DNA from: Enoplolaimus lenunculus
Taxonomy: Eukaryota
Assembly (NCBI GenBank): GCA_030248215.1
Contig: JASANG010004128.1
Span: 1 to 64,000, forward strand
Length of the DNA stretch: 64,000 nt
Direction of reading: 5' to 3'
Shown: one piece after another, positions 1 through 12,079 of the stretch
Numbering within the stretch: position 1 is the first letter of the stretch
Layout of the letters: the number at the start of each line of letters is the position of its first letter
Made by a program: the position numbers and the translations under genes
Notes under the pieces: generated by a model
What the model saw: the letters and a program-made list of their open reading frames with translations, nothing else
Database searches by the model: none
What the model was told of the DNA's origin: nothing

Positions 1-33
1 TATGTCTATTTCTTCGTTCAGTTACGTATTGCT
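1..33 (+). other. Untrimmed Oxford Nanopore ligation adapter (technical sequence, not genomic)
   Basis: Positions 12-33 CTTCGTTCAGTTACGTATTGCT match 22 nt of the ONT Y-top adapter AATGTACTTCGTTCAGTTACGTATTGCT exactly. It lies at the very start of the window, just outside the inverted-repeat arm. Confidence 0.93.
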
Positions 34-3000
34 CTTTTAAATGCTATACAGTTCGAATGGCTTGTAGCCTTTTTGATTGAAGATATATCTCAATATATAG
101 GTCTCTATGTATCTATAGACGGCATTTAGTCTGAGTGCATACGACTTTTGAAAGCCATCTAATTTGTGCCCGGATGTAAAAATGAATTGAACAGTAATAG
201 GTTTTTTAAATGTAGTTTTAACTACGCAAAAGTTTAGAACGCAGTTTTTAAACTGAACAATTTCCAATTAAGATTACACAGTTCAACACGTAGAGCCATA
301 GCTCATAAACTGGTCACTGAATTGTAAGCCCCAATCGTACGTTCACCTCCTCAGCGAGGACTAGAAGCTGCAACTTGCACCTGCAAATTTTGTTCGGAAA
401 CCCGTGTAAGCAACACTAGTAGTAACTTGCCCGTTGCAAATTTTGTTCTAAAACCCCGTGTAAACAACTCTAGTAGTTTCAACTTGCAGTTGCAAGTTCT
501 CGCTGCATAAAATTTCACGTGCAAGTTGCAGCTGGAAAGTATATAAGCAAAAAATAGCACTTGCGAATTGCAGCTGCAAGCACTCGCTGCAAAAAAGTGA
601 TGCGGCTTAAAGCATTTTAACCAAACTTGCAGCCATAAGGTGAAGCTGCACGTTTTCGCTCCGAAAACATCCACATGAAAATTAGAATGGCAGATTTACG
701 ATGCGATGTGCGCCAGCAAAGTTCAGCTGCTTTTTCTCGCTGCAAAAACTTAAACTTATGCATTGGGCAGAAGGCGCTTTTAGGCCAGGATCACGTTATA
801 ACCGGGGCACATTAGGATATGTTTTGTCCCTGCTTTGCTGTTGAGTAACATTTTGTCTGTTTATAGACCTCATATCATATTAAAAGTACGGAGTAGTCTA
901 ATATCATAGTGTGTGGTCACTTATTTGCTCTTAAATATCATATTGATATTTGATATATTGTCCGCGAATATTATATGTTTCCAATTGTCGGCATACTTGA
1001 AGTAACAAAACGAAACTGTCCTATTGAATATCATGTAATACTAGAATTTGAAATCTGAATTATTTAATTATGACGCTGGTTCTGAGCGATTTTATGTCAG
1101 AAACTAATTTGGCAGCGCGTTTTATGTTTAAAAGCAAAGGGACGCCATTTCTCGGGTCAAATTTCGATTCATTTGTAAGCCCACGAAGATTACACTGTCG
1201 CGCTGAATATATATGACACTAGCTGCAATTTTGAAATTTCATAATATTCACACAAATGTGCTGCAGTAACACGTGACTTGCGGGCTTTCGTACACATTGA
1301 ACATCTGAGACTGGTGGTTTGTTCATCAACGTCATATGACATTCGAGCTTTGTCCGCTGAAGGGATGCCAAATTTTAATGTTGACGTCGAATCAACATGG
1401 GACAAATAGTGGCCCAGCTGCCCCGGTATATAACGTGAATCTCACAATATAATAAAATTTACGCATGTTTGAAGTTGCGTAAACTCACTGTTGATAGCAC
1501 TTTGGCTGCAGTGAATTCTGTTGGCAGATTCTTGCATTTGTCACCAAGTGGAAGTATCAGTCGTGTACTGCTACAAATGTTATCCGCTGAATTTACGATT
1601 TCGAAATGTTTCTAATTTGTAATTTGTGTTTTGGCGAAAATGGTTCCATTGGGTCAATATCTTAGATTCAAAACACATCAAAATGCTACTGATTAGCTGG
1701 TTTCAACCGTGTATTTAATATTAATCAATGGCCTTCGAACCTTTTGTTTAAGATTGCAGTAAACCAAATCTATATGTTAAATGTCGTTGCACGTAAAACA
1801 GACCTATGCATTCAATGCATTAGGAGGTCATATTCGCGGGTTGTATAATGAACGAAAAATTTCGCCAGCGAAGCGAGCTACAGTTTTAGTAAATTTACAA
1901 CATGGAAAACGTTGGTTTTTAATGTTAATTCTGTTTATTTTTCAGTTCGTTTGCTAAATTTTCTCAATTAAGAAGGCATTAAAAGAGTATATATATTAAT
2001 TTGCAATTTGACCGTCTACAGCTTTTACATTAGACAGTGCACCTTTTTGAGTTAAAATGAAAAATGTATATTTTATTAATATATTTTTATCGATAGCCTG
2101 TTCACCAGGTTAATAGGTAGTTTGCGTGTATATAAAAACCGTTTTAAATGGCTCATACCGCTGTGTATTATTGCACACGCTAATAATCCGTAAAAGTATA
2201 GCTCTCTAACTAATAGGTTCGTTTCGCGAACGAAATGAAATTTTTAGGTTAAGCGTCTAAATTCCATTACAGTTTAATACGTTGGTTTTTCAAACGTTCA
2301 CCTAAAAATAAAAATGTTACCTCAAGAAAAAAATAATTTTTTCGTCAACTTTCTCAGACGAAGATCTTACAGTTGTGCGATGATAAATAGCACTTTCCAT
2401 TTCGTATACATACTCTCGGAAAAATATCTACTTCGCTTGAGTGGGTTTGATCGGAAATTTGTTTTGCATTAATGAGAATAGACAGGGTTAACAAAACTTG
2501 CATTTTTTTAATCAATATAGACTTTTATACCGGTTATACGCTTTATTTCACATTGAATGTGTGTGTGTTTATTTACTTAGAGCCACATCTACCAGATCTC
2601 ATTTGATTGTAAATATTTAATGAGCCTGAGAGAGCATTCATTAAAATATCCTTTGCTAAAAGATTAGGTTATCTGTTTTGCGAACGTTTTCGACAAGGAT
2701 ACATTATATTTTGGCATTTATCATTAAATTTTCACTCACAATACCGAGTATTTCGTAACAGCTGCAAGATTGAGATTAAGCTGAGTAGTTGTGATTTTAA
2801 TTAAATCTCTACAGTTCAACTTTTGCTTCAGGCAGAGTCAGATTGAAAAAAGACTATTTCAAATTTTTTATTTCAAATTTCACACATCATTGAGCAGTTT
2901 CCATGTCAGAAAGTTTGGTTTCATGTAAACAGTCATGTAAAATTGCTAGCTACATCCTGATCTTTTTTATATTAATTTTTCATTTCGCTTTCCTGTTGTT

Positions 3001-4539
3001 TTTACTAAGTTTCAAAGCTGTGCATTAGTGACAGTTTTCATAATTACCTTAGCTGAGCAATTTTAAAAGTCAAACCCGTAACCAGGATTTGTTTTTAGGA
3101 GCAATGAGACTATACAGAACAAGAAAAACATTCTTAACAAAGTTTTTTAAATGCTGCCGATAAATTATTTAACCGGATGAGGGCAAAGATATTAGATTGA
3201 CTGGTCAATCCCCTACCCTCAATGTAGTTGCAGAGCATAACCCTACTAAAAGTTTCTGAAAGTAGCAAGCCACGTATTCTTTAATTTTAAGTTAAAATAC
3301 AAAATTGTCAGTTCGTCGATGTTACGCGTAGAAATTAGAAGCAAAACCAAAACGGTTTGCAACCAAACGGTAGTTCATTTAAAACCAATGTATACATATA
3401 TTTCGTTTTATTTTAATTGTTAAGCACAAGTCTACATCGAGTAACCAATGATTTAAAAGCCGAATAAACGCTTTCGTATAGCGCAGATCGGTACCCTTAG
3501 AACTCAGTTATACCCGCGTCGTAGCTTGTTCATTGGGGTTTTCTACTTGAGCAATATATTGATACCCGTTTTTTTTCGGTTGCTAAATAAAATGTCTAAA
3601 GCAAAGGTTTGTGTAGCGCAATCGAAATAAAAGTGATTTCAATAAACACAATGAGTAAATGAACCCGCTGGCTTTTATACAGCTTAGTGAGTATAGTTTA
3701 TATTTTTAGCTGTTATATAAGCACTTGTGGGTAAAGGAGATTACTCTACGCGAACAAAAGCTGTGCATTTTTATTATATCGAACTGGAAAAATGTTATTT
3801 AGGAACCGCGCAGGCAGGTTTGGCTTGTTTTCGCGTGTAGCTTTGTTGGTGGAAATAAATTAGTCTTTAGGTTAATTGGTTTTTTTCGCAGCTATATTGT
3901 TGATTGCCTTAGTGTTGATTAGGTTTTTGTGAGTAGTTTTTAAGCGAAGGAATTATTATGTCGTGAATATATATTCTATTACAAATGAATTTTTATTACA
4001 AACGCATTCATTTTTTCAACTGAACAGCATTCGAAATTTTAGAATCGGCTGAATGGTCTGTGTGTCAGATGGCTAAATATATCATGCAGCGGTACGTGTA
4101 GGATTAACGTACACAAGCCCATATGCAAACCTCTCAACCTAAACGAAAGCCAATACCTAAACCTGTAAGCTTAGTAAAACCAAAATCTGAAAATTTCCAA
4201 AACACTGTAGTCGGAAAGTTTTCAACAGGAATTTTTCGTTTAGTGTTCACAGCGAGGTGGTATTCTCAATTAGACGCATCGATTTATTGAGCACTATCTG
4301 TTATACTACTTGTTTGATATAACAGATTTGTATAAGAACTAAGTACGGCCCATAGCTATCTCACCTTGCTAGGTAGGGATAAAAAATTTCTGGCGGGTCA
4401 TACAAGGGTTTTCGTTGACTTACAAGCAAGGTTGAAAATTTTCCATGGGGCGAAAATTTTTATGGGGGCTGAGCCCCTCCTCCCCCCTCCTTAGTTACTG
4501 TCCAGCTACACCATGTACACTTGAACAAGTAATCTACGT

Positions 4540-5199
4540 CAGGGGCGGATCTAGGGAGGATGAGGGGATTCATCCCCCACCGGCTGCCGAGTTTAAATTT
4601 TTTCGTGGTTAAAATCGAACTTACAATGCAAATTTCTGTTCCGATATCTTAAAATTTCACATTTGTTTAAGGGATTCACCCTGAAATTGCAGTACAACTA
4701 ATTTTCTATGTGTTTTGATAAGTTTTAAAATGCATCAGGCATCTCGCTCGCTGCGCTCGCGAGTTTGGAGGGAGCCCCCGCCACTGTCTGCTCCGGCACT
4801 GCGAGCAAGTTTCTCAAGTACGGGGAAATGAATAGCGACAATTTGGCTACAGAGGGACGGCACCCCTGCATCCATGCGCCTATAAACCCTGTAGCTTATG
4901 CGCGAACTTTAGCCTACACCTCAACTTTAGGCTAAAGTGTAGACTTAAGCTTAAGCCTAAATCTGAGTCTAAACGTAAACTTCTGAATAGCCTAAACTTT
5001 TGGGAATTTGGGACAATTACCCGGGAATTAAGATTTTGGGAAATTGGTATATTACGCAGGAAATTGGGAAGGACCAGTTCTTTACATGTGCCAGTGTGTG
5101 TGACTTGTTTTATATGCGCAAAAATATGTATGAACTGTGCCAAAACTCAACATTTTCCAATTGTGTATCCCCCACCAGAAATTTCTGGATCCGCCACTA
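4540..5199. mobile_element. hAT-like MITE (mirrored at 20236-20896)
   Basis: Termini CAGGGGCGGATC...GATCCGCCACTA; imperfect 8-bp flanking repeat ATCTACGT/ATCTACAC. Confidence 0.6.
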
Positions 5200-6881
5200 A
5201 TCTACACACCCGTGTCCCACTTTTTACAAGCAAAAAAGTTTGAAACAGAAAAACGTGTGACCTTTAATGTTTTCTTTACGATAAGTCCACTTGGTAAAAG
5301 TGCATGCTTTTATATCAGTTCTTTTAGAAAAAGAAATATTAAAAATCGTATCAGGAGGTATGAAACTGAGACAGTTTCAGACGAATATTTGCAAAAAAAC
5401 AGGCACGGGTAATGTTGTTGCCCTGACTTGTAAATTTTGTGCCTGCCGGTTTATTCGCAATAAAATATGTTTACCCGATACGGCCTAGGCCGCTGGGGTC
5501 TAAGGGTATCCGCTACTTAAGTTCATCTTTGATTGTAGACGGTGTACGCTCCACTTCTGGACTGTTAGTGTTATCATTCACTTAGGATGACTGTGATGCC
5601 GCAGGCTTAGTCTCGTAGTTTTCGGGGCCGATGACGAGTGTTTTAGAAGCGAAAACATTTGAAGGAAAAAATACAGTTTTGATCATTATTTGCATCGACG
5701 CTTTCTTTTTTGGTACCCGCGCTCTAAACCGACCTCAGAATCCGCTTAGTTCATGATCCGCCGAATTAATATCGAAATTTTGGTACTGACTCATGCTAAG
5801 TGAAACTGAAGAAACGTGGCAATGGCTCAAGACAACCGTTTGAAAATATTATCATCGTAGACCAAACTGATGAAAGACACTAAAATACTAATGCTCGTTT
5901 GTTTTGTTTTGAATTTGAAACGCAACTGTTGAAATGGATCAGAAAACACACACATATTTGTCATCAAATCAGTCCAGTGGCCGCTCATAGGGCTATAATT
6001 AACTGTCAGCGCTGCGGAAAAAACGTTATTTCGATTGTCGATTATCACAATACAAATGTATTCTTCCATTCAACTTATTTTCCTGCGCACGTACGTAAGC
6101 CATGTTGCCTGGCTGTTTCAATATTTTAGGTCGTAAACACTGAATATATCCGAATTTTTGTGACAAAACAAATACTAAAAGATATACATTAACTTTACGT
6201 TTGATGCTTGTTCTTTTCACAATATTGATTCCGATAGGTTTAAGATGTAATTATATATATATTAGCCGTTAAAAACTTTTGAGGTTTCATATGGGCAAAT
6301 CTAGAAACGTCTGACAGAGAGGCATGCAATATATAACAGCAATAAAAGCTTTCAAATCAAACGAGCGAGAAGCCAAACGCAATTTTAGTACTTATATAAA
6401 TCGCATATTAATACAAATTTTTTGCTTTATATCGCTGTTAGTGGGCCATGACATGTTGCATCGTTTTTTGCATCCGCTAGAGACTGGAGTAAAACTACAG
6501 GCCAGTTAATGATCTGTTTAATGATCAGATAATGTTTAGATAGCCTTTTTTCGTGTGCAGGTTTGGAAGAATGAATTTTTTCATAATGTTCAGATTGACA
6601 AAAATATTGCACAGGTTTGCATAGACAAATAGTTTCCATTCTCTGTGAGTCGGGTATAAGCCAACGATGTTTGTAAAATCATAAAAAATGATTCAAAGGG
6701 GATTTATCCGGGAACCGTTCGAGGATATAAACAACATATTACAATAAAATAATCATTACGAACTGGATATACCTCAGCAAGTTTGTGGTACATTGACAGT
6801 TGGGCCAATGTTTGAACATTGGCGGAACAGTAGTATAAGTAAATTCCTATGCATACGCTTAAGCGTAAGAATGTGTTTATA

Positions 6882-6905
6882 CCTAAGCCTAAGCCTAAGC
6901 CCAAG
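6882..6905 (-). repeat. Interstitial (TTAGGC)n telomere-like repeat (also 18529-18552, 39112-39142, 48350-48403; degenerate at 4900-5000)
   Basis: CCTAAGCCTAAGCCTAAGCCCAAG; TTAGGC is the nematode telomeric hexamer. Confidence 0.7.
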
Positions 6906-7234
6906 CGAAAAATTACGCTAAACTTTAAATTTTCATTAATGTAGACCCACAGAAAAACGTTCCGCCCCTGATTATTACACGGACCCATAGCCACGATTTA
7001 ATTTCTTTATTCTTTATACTCAAGGAAAAGATATTAGAACGAGAGAGAATTTTTTTCACTGCAGATATCCATGGGTTAAGTGCTTGTATTACGTAAAGCA
7101 GCCGTTTCCCTGGCTTCTCGAGAATTTTTGCACAGGGACATGTCCCAATTTCCCCTTTGCCTCCGCACGTAAATCCGTCAGTCTTGCTATCGTTGAGAAG
7201 TCAAAATTTTAGAGAACATAATGAGCAATCTGAA

Positions 7235-9353
7235 ATGTCTCCAATAACGTTTATTATGCGCTTAAAATCAGCCACAAAGGCACTACTAACCGTTTTAACT
7301 ATTAAACTATTGTACTGGATTCCAATTTTGTTGCTAATTTTAAAACCCATTATTGAATGCGCTTCATCAAAACTTGAACGCCGTCCATCACTTGCTTACA
7401 GCAATTTAAGAAAAGCCAGAAACTCAGCAATTCACAAACTTCGATATCATACAATGTCTGACTTTTGCAGTACAAAATTTGCAATCCCAAATACGTATAC
7501 ACATTACGATTATTGCCAGCTATCATATACATCACTGCCTGCGTTATGCTCACCAGATGGTCTCATTTCGCCTGCATCAGCACAAGCGCTCGGTGATCGT
7601 CTTGAGCTAATGAACGCAACAAGTTGCTACTGTGATCAGTCGGCGAACAGTTGGAACTCTCAGCATTCCGGATGTTTGTCAAAAAACGGTACGCGTGCAA
7701 CAAATAGCCAGAGGGGAGCCACTGGGCTCAGCACGTCTAAAACTTTTGTCCCTCACTAGAAACGTTTCAAACTCGCTTGTAAGTTATCGACAACCCTTGT
7801 ATGCGTCTAATAAAAAGGTTTATAGCTCCGTAGGAAGGTGAGATGACTACGGGCATGACGTTACAGCTCTTTGCACGTCCATGGCACTGTTGTGTCCAGC
7901 GCCATACTGGTATTTCGTCTGTGTACAACTTTAACGAGAAATTATAATAATTATTATTTTTTGTAATCATTTCTACTAGAATATATGTATTTTTACAATG
8001 ATCGTATTCTATTACCGTGTACGGCCGTGCTGTAGCGTGAGCGATCCGACGTTAGCTTACAATTCCGCATAAGTTACCAAAGCCACCCAGGTTCGCAACC
8101 AATCGCCCTTTTGCTACCAAATTTCAACCAAAAAATTTTGGTTTTGGTCTCTGTTGGGGGGACATAGGCTTGGATGCCCCTTTGCATTATAGCTACTGGT
8201 TTATGGAAAAGTTGGCAAAATTATACAAACGAATTATATTTTGCAGTGATTCCTGTTGATCACCATTCAGCTCAGTCTGTGACGTCGATTCATCTCAATA
8301 TAGGTATTTTGTGTATTCGAAGTTTGCGACTGCTTACACTCGAAGAAGCAAATGTGTTCGATTCTGGCGCAAACTGTTCGGTAAATTAAGCAAACTTTCA
8401 ATACACAAGTTCAAGTTTTATGGTTTCAAACCATTTATTCAATTGAAATTATCATATTTTTTGATTAAATATTGTAAATTACAGTATGTATATCAGGGCC
8501 GACGTTAGGATAGTTGTCCCCCCCAAAACGGGTTCGAAGGGACACCAGTTTGACAGCGCTATAACTTCGTGGTCTGCGAAAATATTTTTAGCTTACTAAT
8601 ATGGAGGTCCCAAGGATCTCCTATTGAGAGGTTTGGTAGGCACTTTCACCGGCACTGATGCTTATAGATCTGATATGCGTGTCGCAGTTTGAAACAAGAT
8701 GAGGGTGTCACTGTTTTAAAAGCAAAGATATTATTTAGTGCTTAAACCATTTCAAGCGTAAAACGTTGAAATTTTTTTAGATCTACTCAAGAAATCAAAC
8801 ATTCAACGGTACAAAATTTGTTGCACCCGGTAAATCCGGCGCAATCGTATCTGATTTGCTCCGGGCGCTGTGGTCATCAAACGCATGCATTGTCGATATC
8901 ATGGTTCTGAGTACCGATCACTGGCTGAGCGATGGTAAAATACTGATTACGGGTTATCCATTTGTGTATGTTAGTTTTTCACCAAATTTCACCACAGTCT
9001 ACGGCGCTAATTTTACAGTGCATTTAAAAGCACGTCTTGCATCGCTAAACTTTGACGCTGCAACAACTTCACAAGTTCTCATCGATACGGTAGAAAATAT
9101 TAAAATTGCCTTATGGTCTGAAAAACGAATTATTAGCATGCGCAGGCGGCTTAGACCTTTGCGAAACAAAGAAGCTCCGATTTGGGCGGTACTTTTGTTG
9201 TCGGCATGTACTATAACAGGAGTTTTACTTGCAATTATCGGACAAATGGTCACTTCTGAACGTAATATATGGGCGTTTGCAAGTAGATCTACATCATCAA
9301 AAGGTTCGCGATGGAAAGCTGGATTTTCAGGCGGTGTATGGGGAAAGAAATGA
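7235..9353 (+). CDS. MOLO-1/TPM-domain-like type I membrane protein, 3 exons (7235-7688, 8247-8380, 8781-9353), ~386 aa
   Basis: GT-AG introns with matching phases (1, 0). Hydrophobic N-terminal segment; IPNTYTHYDYC..LCSPDGLI..L..CYC resembles the YPNP..C..CDPDG..CxC start of MOLO1-family proteins; LW..C..DIMVL; C-terminal TM (IWAVLLLSACTITGVLLAIIG); Gly-rich WKAGFSGGVW end. Family call is from motif recognition only, and an upstream exon is possible. Confidence 0.7.
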
Positions 9354-9947
9354 GCATAAATTTGACTGAAGCAGAGTACGAAACAGGGATGTAGACCGGA
9401 TGTAAGTTTGAAGGATTTAACATCATGTAAAAACAAATTTTTTGAAATCTACGATTCAAAAAATATACCTAACGCCTTAGTAAACGAGGTTTTATTGTCT
9501 CTTGAGATGTTTTGGGATTGAATATATACCTCTATCCCTGCCTTGTATACGCCCCTGGCACGAAATAATTTTTCGTTGTGACAGATTTGTATTTTGAACT
9601 GGTAAAATACTTGTTCTGTATGCCATTGCTTTTGAAGGGTATAAGTCTAATCTGCGTTATAAAACTGACTTATAATCGGGTCCGTAACAGGTGGAAGGCG
9701 AGGGGCGGCGGCGTGTTGAGCTCCTGCAGAAAGAATTGTGGGCTCCACCAGAAAATTTTCATGCTTGCTTGTGAGCCATAGAAAACCCTTGTATAGCCCT
9801 CCTGGAAAATCTTTAGCCCCGTTATTAAGGGGAGAGGGTTACGGGTCCGCTTATAGTAAGTACTGTTGCCAACTATTGAATGTTTACAAATAAAACTGCA
9901 TATGGGAGAATTTGGAACAAATATTGAAAGATAAATCTGTTAGTTTA

Positions 9948-10355
9948 CTTTAGTGATCCGAATAATGGGGGCACTGATATTTATTTGGCCTCTACAGACG
10001 GTACCCCCGTTGTTTTTTTTAACCCACGCTCCGCCTCCCTTCGTTACTGATAATTACCGTAGTCAATATCCGTTAATTAAACGTTTGTCTTGTATCAAAG
10101 TTAGCGATAAAGTTATACACAAATGTACTTTCAAAACTTAAGTACCCTTTAAAGTTTCGAACTCAACTTTATTTGGGCCTGGAATCATTTATGCTCTACA
10201 ATTAGGAATAGTTGACAGTTATGGACTCTAATTAGTGTTTAGGGACTCTATCTGTTTACGGACAGTTATTAGGGATTAGGGATACAGACTCCTATTGATT
10301 GAGACTCAAAATGGGGACCCTTCTTATTACCCCCATCTTATTAGGGTCACTACAG
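9948..10355. mobile_element. TA-flanked Tc1/pogo-like MITE (mirror at ~15164-15585; truncated relatives at 42711-43012 and ~44633-44700)
   Basis: TA|CTTTAGTGATCCGAATAA...TTATTAGGGTCACTACAG|TA; the same interior recurs at 42711 outside the palindrome. Confidence 0.7.
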
Positions 10356-12079
10356 TACTTTATTAACAAGCAATATAAGTAGCATACAGACAGCAACTAA
10401 AAATTTTATCAACAATGCATTATAAGTCCTATTCACACGTGCAAGTTATTGCTGCGAGAACTTGCAGATGCAACTTGCACTTGCAAATTTTATCCAAAAT
10501 CCCGTTCGAAAAACTTGCAGCTTCAAATACTTCATTAAAAATCATACCTATTAATTTAGTTCTCATGTGTGAACAACCTTGCAAGTTCTCTGAATTTATT
10601 GCAGCCGCTTCATTGCTGATGAAAAGTCAAGTCCGTATCAGCTAACGTCTCCGCAACTCTTGAATTAGTTTGTTGCTTTAAGTTGAGTTTAACTCAAAAA
10701 TTTTTATCGTAGCCAGTGATTTCGGGATTTACCTAAAGTTTAAAAAAACGTTAATAAACTTCTCAAATATTACAGGCTATTTTCGTTAGTTTTTAACTAC
10801 TGAGTGTAGAAACAATGTTTGTATATCAAATTCTACGAATTGGTTGCTCCAATGTTTTTACTTCAACAACAAAAAAACGTCAAAAATGCCCAGTTTCGTT
10901 GCTGAAATTTTCTTTCCGATGGATATACTGATATACAACATTTTTAACGATTGACAAAGAACGAGAAAATTCTTCGATTATAAATTCAGAAGTTTATTCT
11001 GAAGAGTTTACGTCTCTTTTTTGGCACCAGAAATTCGACAAAAGGATATACCACATGTTTCCTCCCCGTGAAAATATTCCTAAAACAGTAGTAAAAAAAA
11101 ACGTTACTACCAATATAATGCGTCGTTCAGATGTGCTAAGTCGATTAATAGAGCCTAAAAAACTAAAGATTTTTAAAAATTTAGTTCATTAGAAGCAAAA
11201 GTTAAAACACACAACACCACCAGAATTATCGAGAAATTTTAAGAAAGAGATCAGGAGAAAGGAGTCAGAAAAAAGAGGAAAAATGAAGAGATGAACAAGA
11301 GCGAAGGAGGACATAAATGGTCATAAAGTAGAAATATGGGGGGAGGCTAAACTATGAAGGGTGGAAACCATAAGCTGAGACAGAAGCATATAATTAAATT
11401 ATCAGATTTTCAAAAGTACGTTACTTTCTTTTCCAGAGCTGTACAATTTTTAGTAATTTCAACAAGAAACGACTTTTTGAATCCGTTAATAAGAACAATT
11501 CAAGATCTAAAGCTTTAAAAAAACGATTATTCTAAATCTTTTATATATCAAAATTAAGAAAATTTGAGATCACTCTTTCATGAATAAAGAAAATTTAAAA
11601 AAAGTCAAATTACATGATATTTTTAATTTGGAATACCTTTCAATGATAATATAAAACAAACTTAAACAAAAGTTATATAATTATGTATGCTGAGTGAGAT
11701 TTCATATATTTTCCAAAGGCAAATCAGATAAGTGCTAATTTCAATACAGATTATAAATAAAAGGATTTAATCTTAATATTGAGAACAAATAGAGTAGGCA
11801 ACATTCAATGAGTAAAAGTTTTAAATGTAATAGTATAAAATTAAAATTCAAATGTCTTTGTTTTTTTCTGACAAGTAATTACTAACGAACGTTGGCCAGC
11901 ACGTCCTTCAAAGCTTAAACAAGTTATTTGCAAACATTATTTATTGTAGGGCATATAAGGGTCATGGAAACGTAATTAAATTAAGGAGATTACGTAATAA
12001 TAAAAGGGGAAATATCTGTCCCAAATCCAACACGCAGCAAGCGCATCGCAAGCGCACGGGCGGGTGGTTTGTAGTTTGA

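Larger units (their letters stand above)
40..11840 (+). repeat. Left arm of ~12-kb inverted duplication
   Basis: Reverse complement of ~13390-25367. The ORF track is mirrored (e.g. 7157..7759+ vs 17675..18277-; 1190..1405- vs 24029..24244+). Outer match starts at 40/25367; the inner boundary is approximate. Confidence 0.97.

Noticed and set aside
325..775. ORFs 351..674 and 24713..25081 over TGCAAG/CTTGCA-rich sequence
   Set aside because: Motif-repetitive MITE-like DNA (relative at ~10424-10580); termini too degenerate to call and no protein similarity.
1190..1612. Possible coding exons on the outward strand (ORF 1190..1405 and an open 41-codon stretch at ~1490-1612; mirror ~23823-24244)
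   Set aside because: I could not join them with phase-consistent splice sites and recognise no family; left unresolved.
6882..6905. True telomere or programmed DNA-elimination break site
   Set aside because: Only 3-4 units, degenerate, internal and embedded in repeat-like flanks.
12030..12075. Helitron 3'-end-like GC-rich motif (GCGCACGGGCGGGTGGTTTGTAGT)
   Set aside because: No clean hairpin or CTAG terminus, and it lies in a low-quality region.
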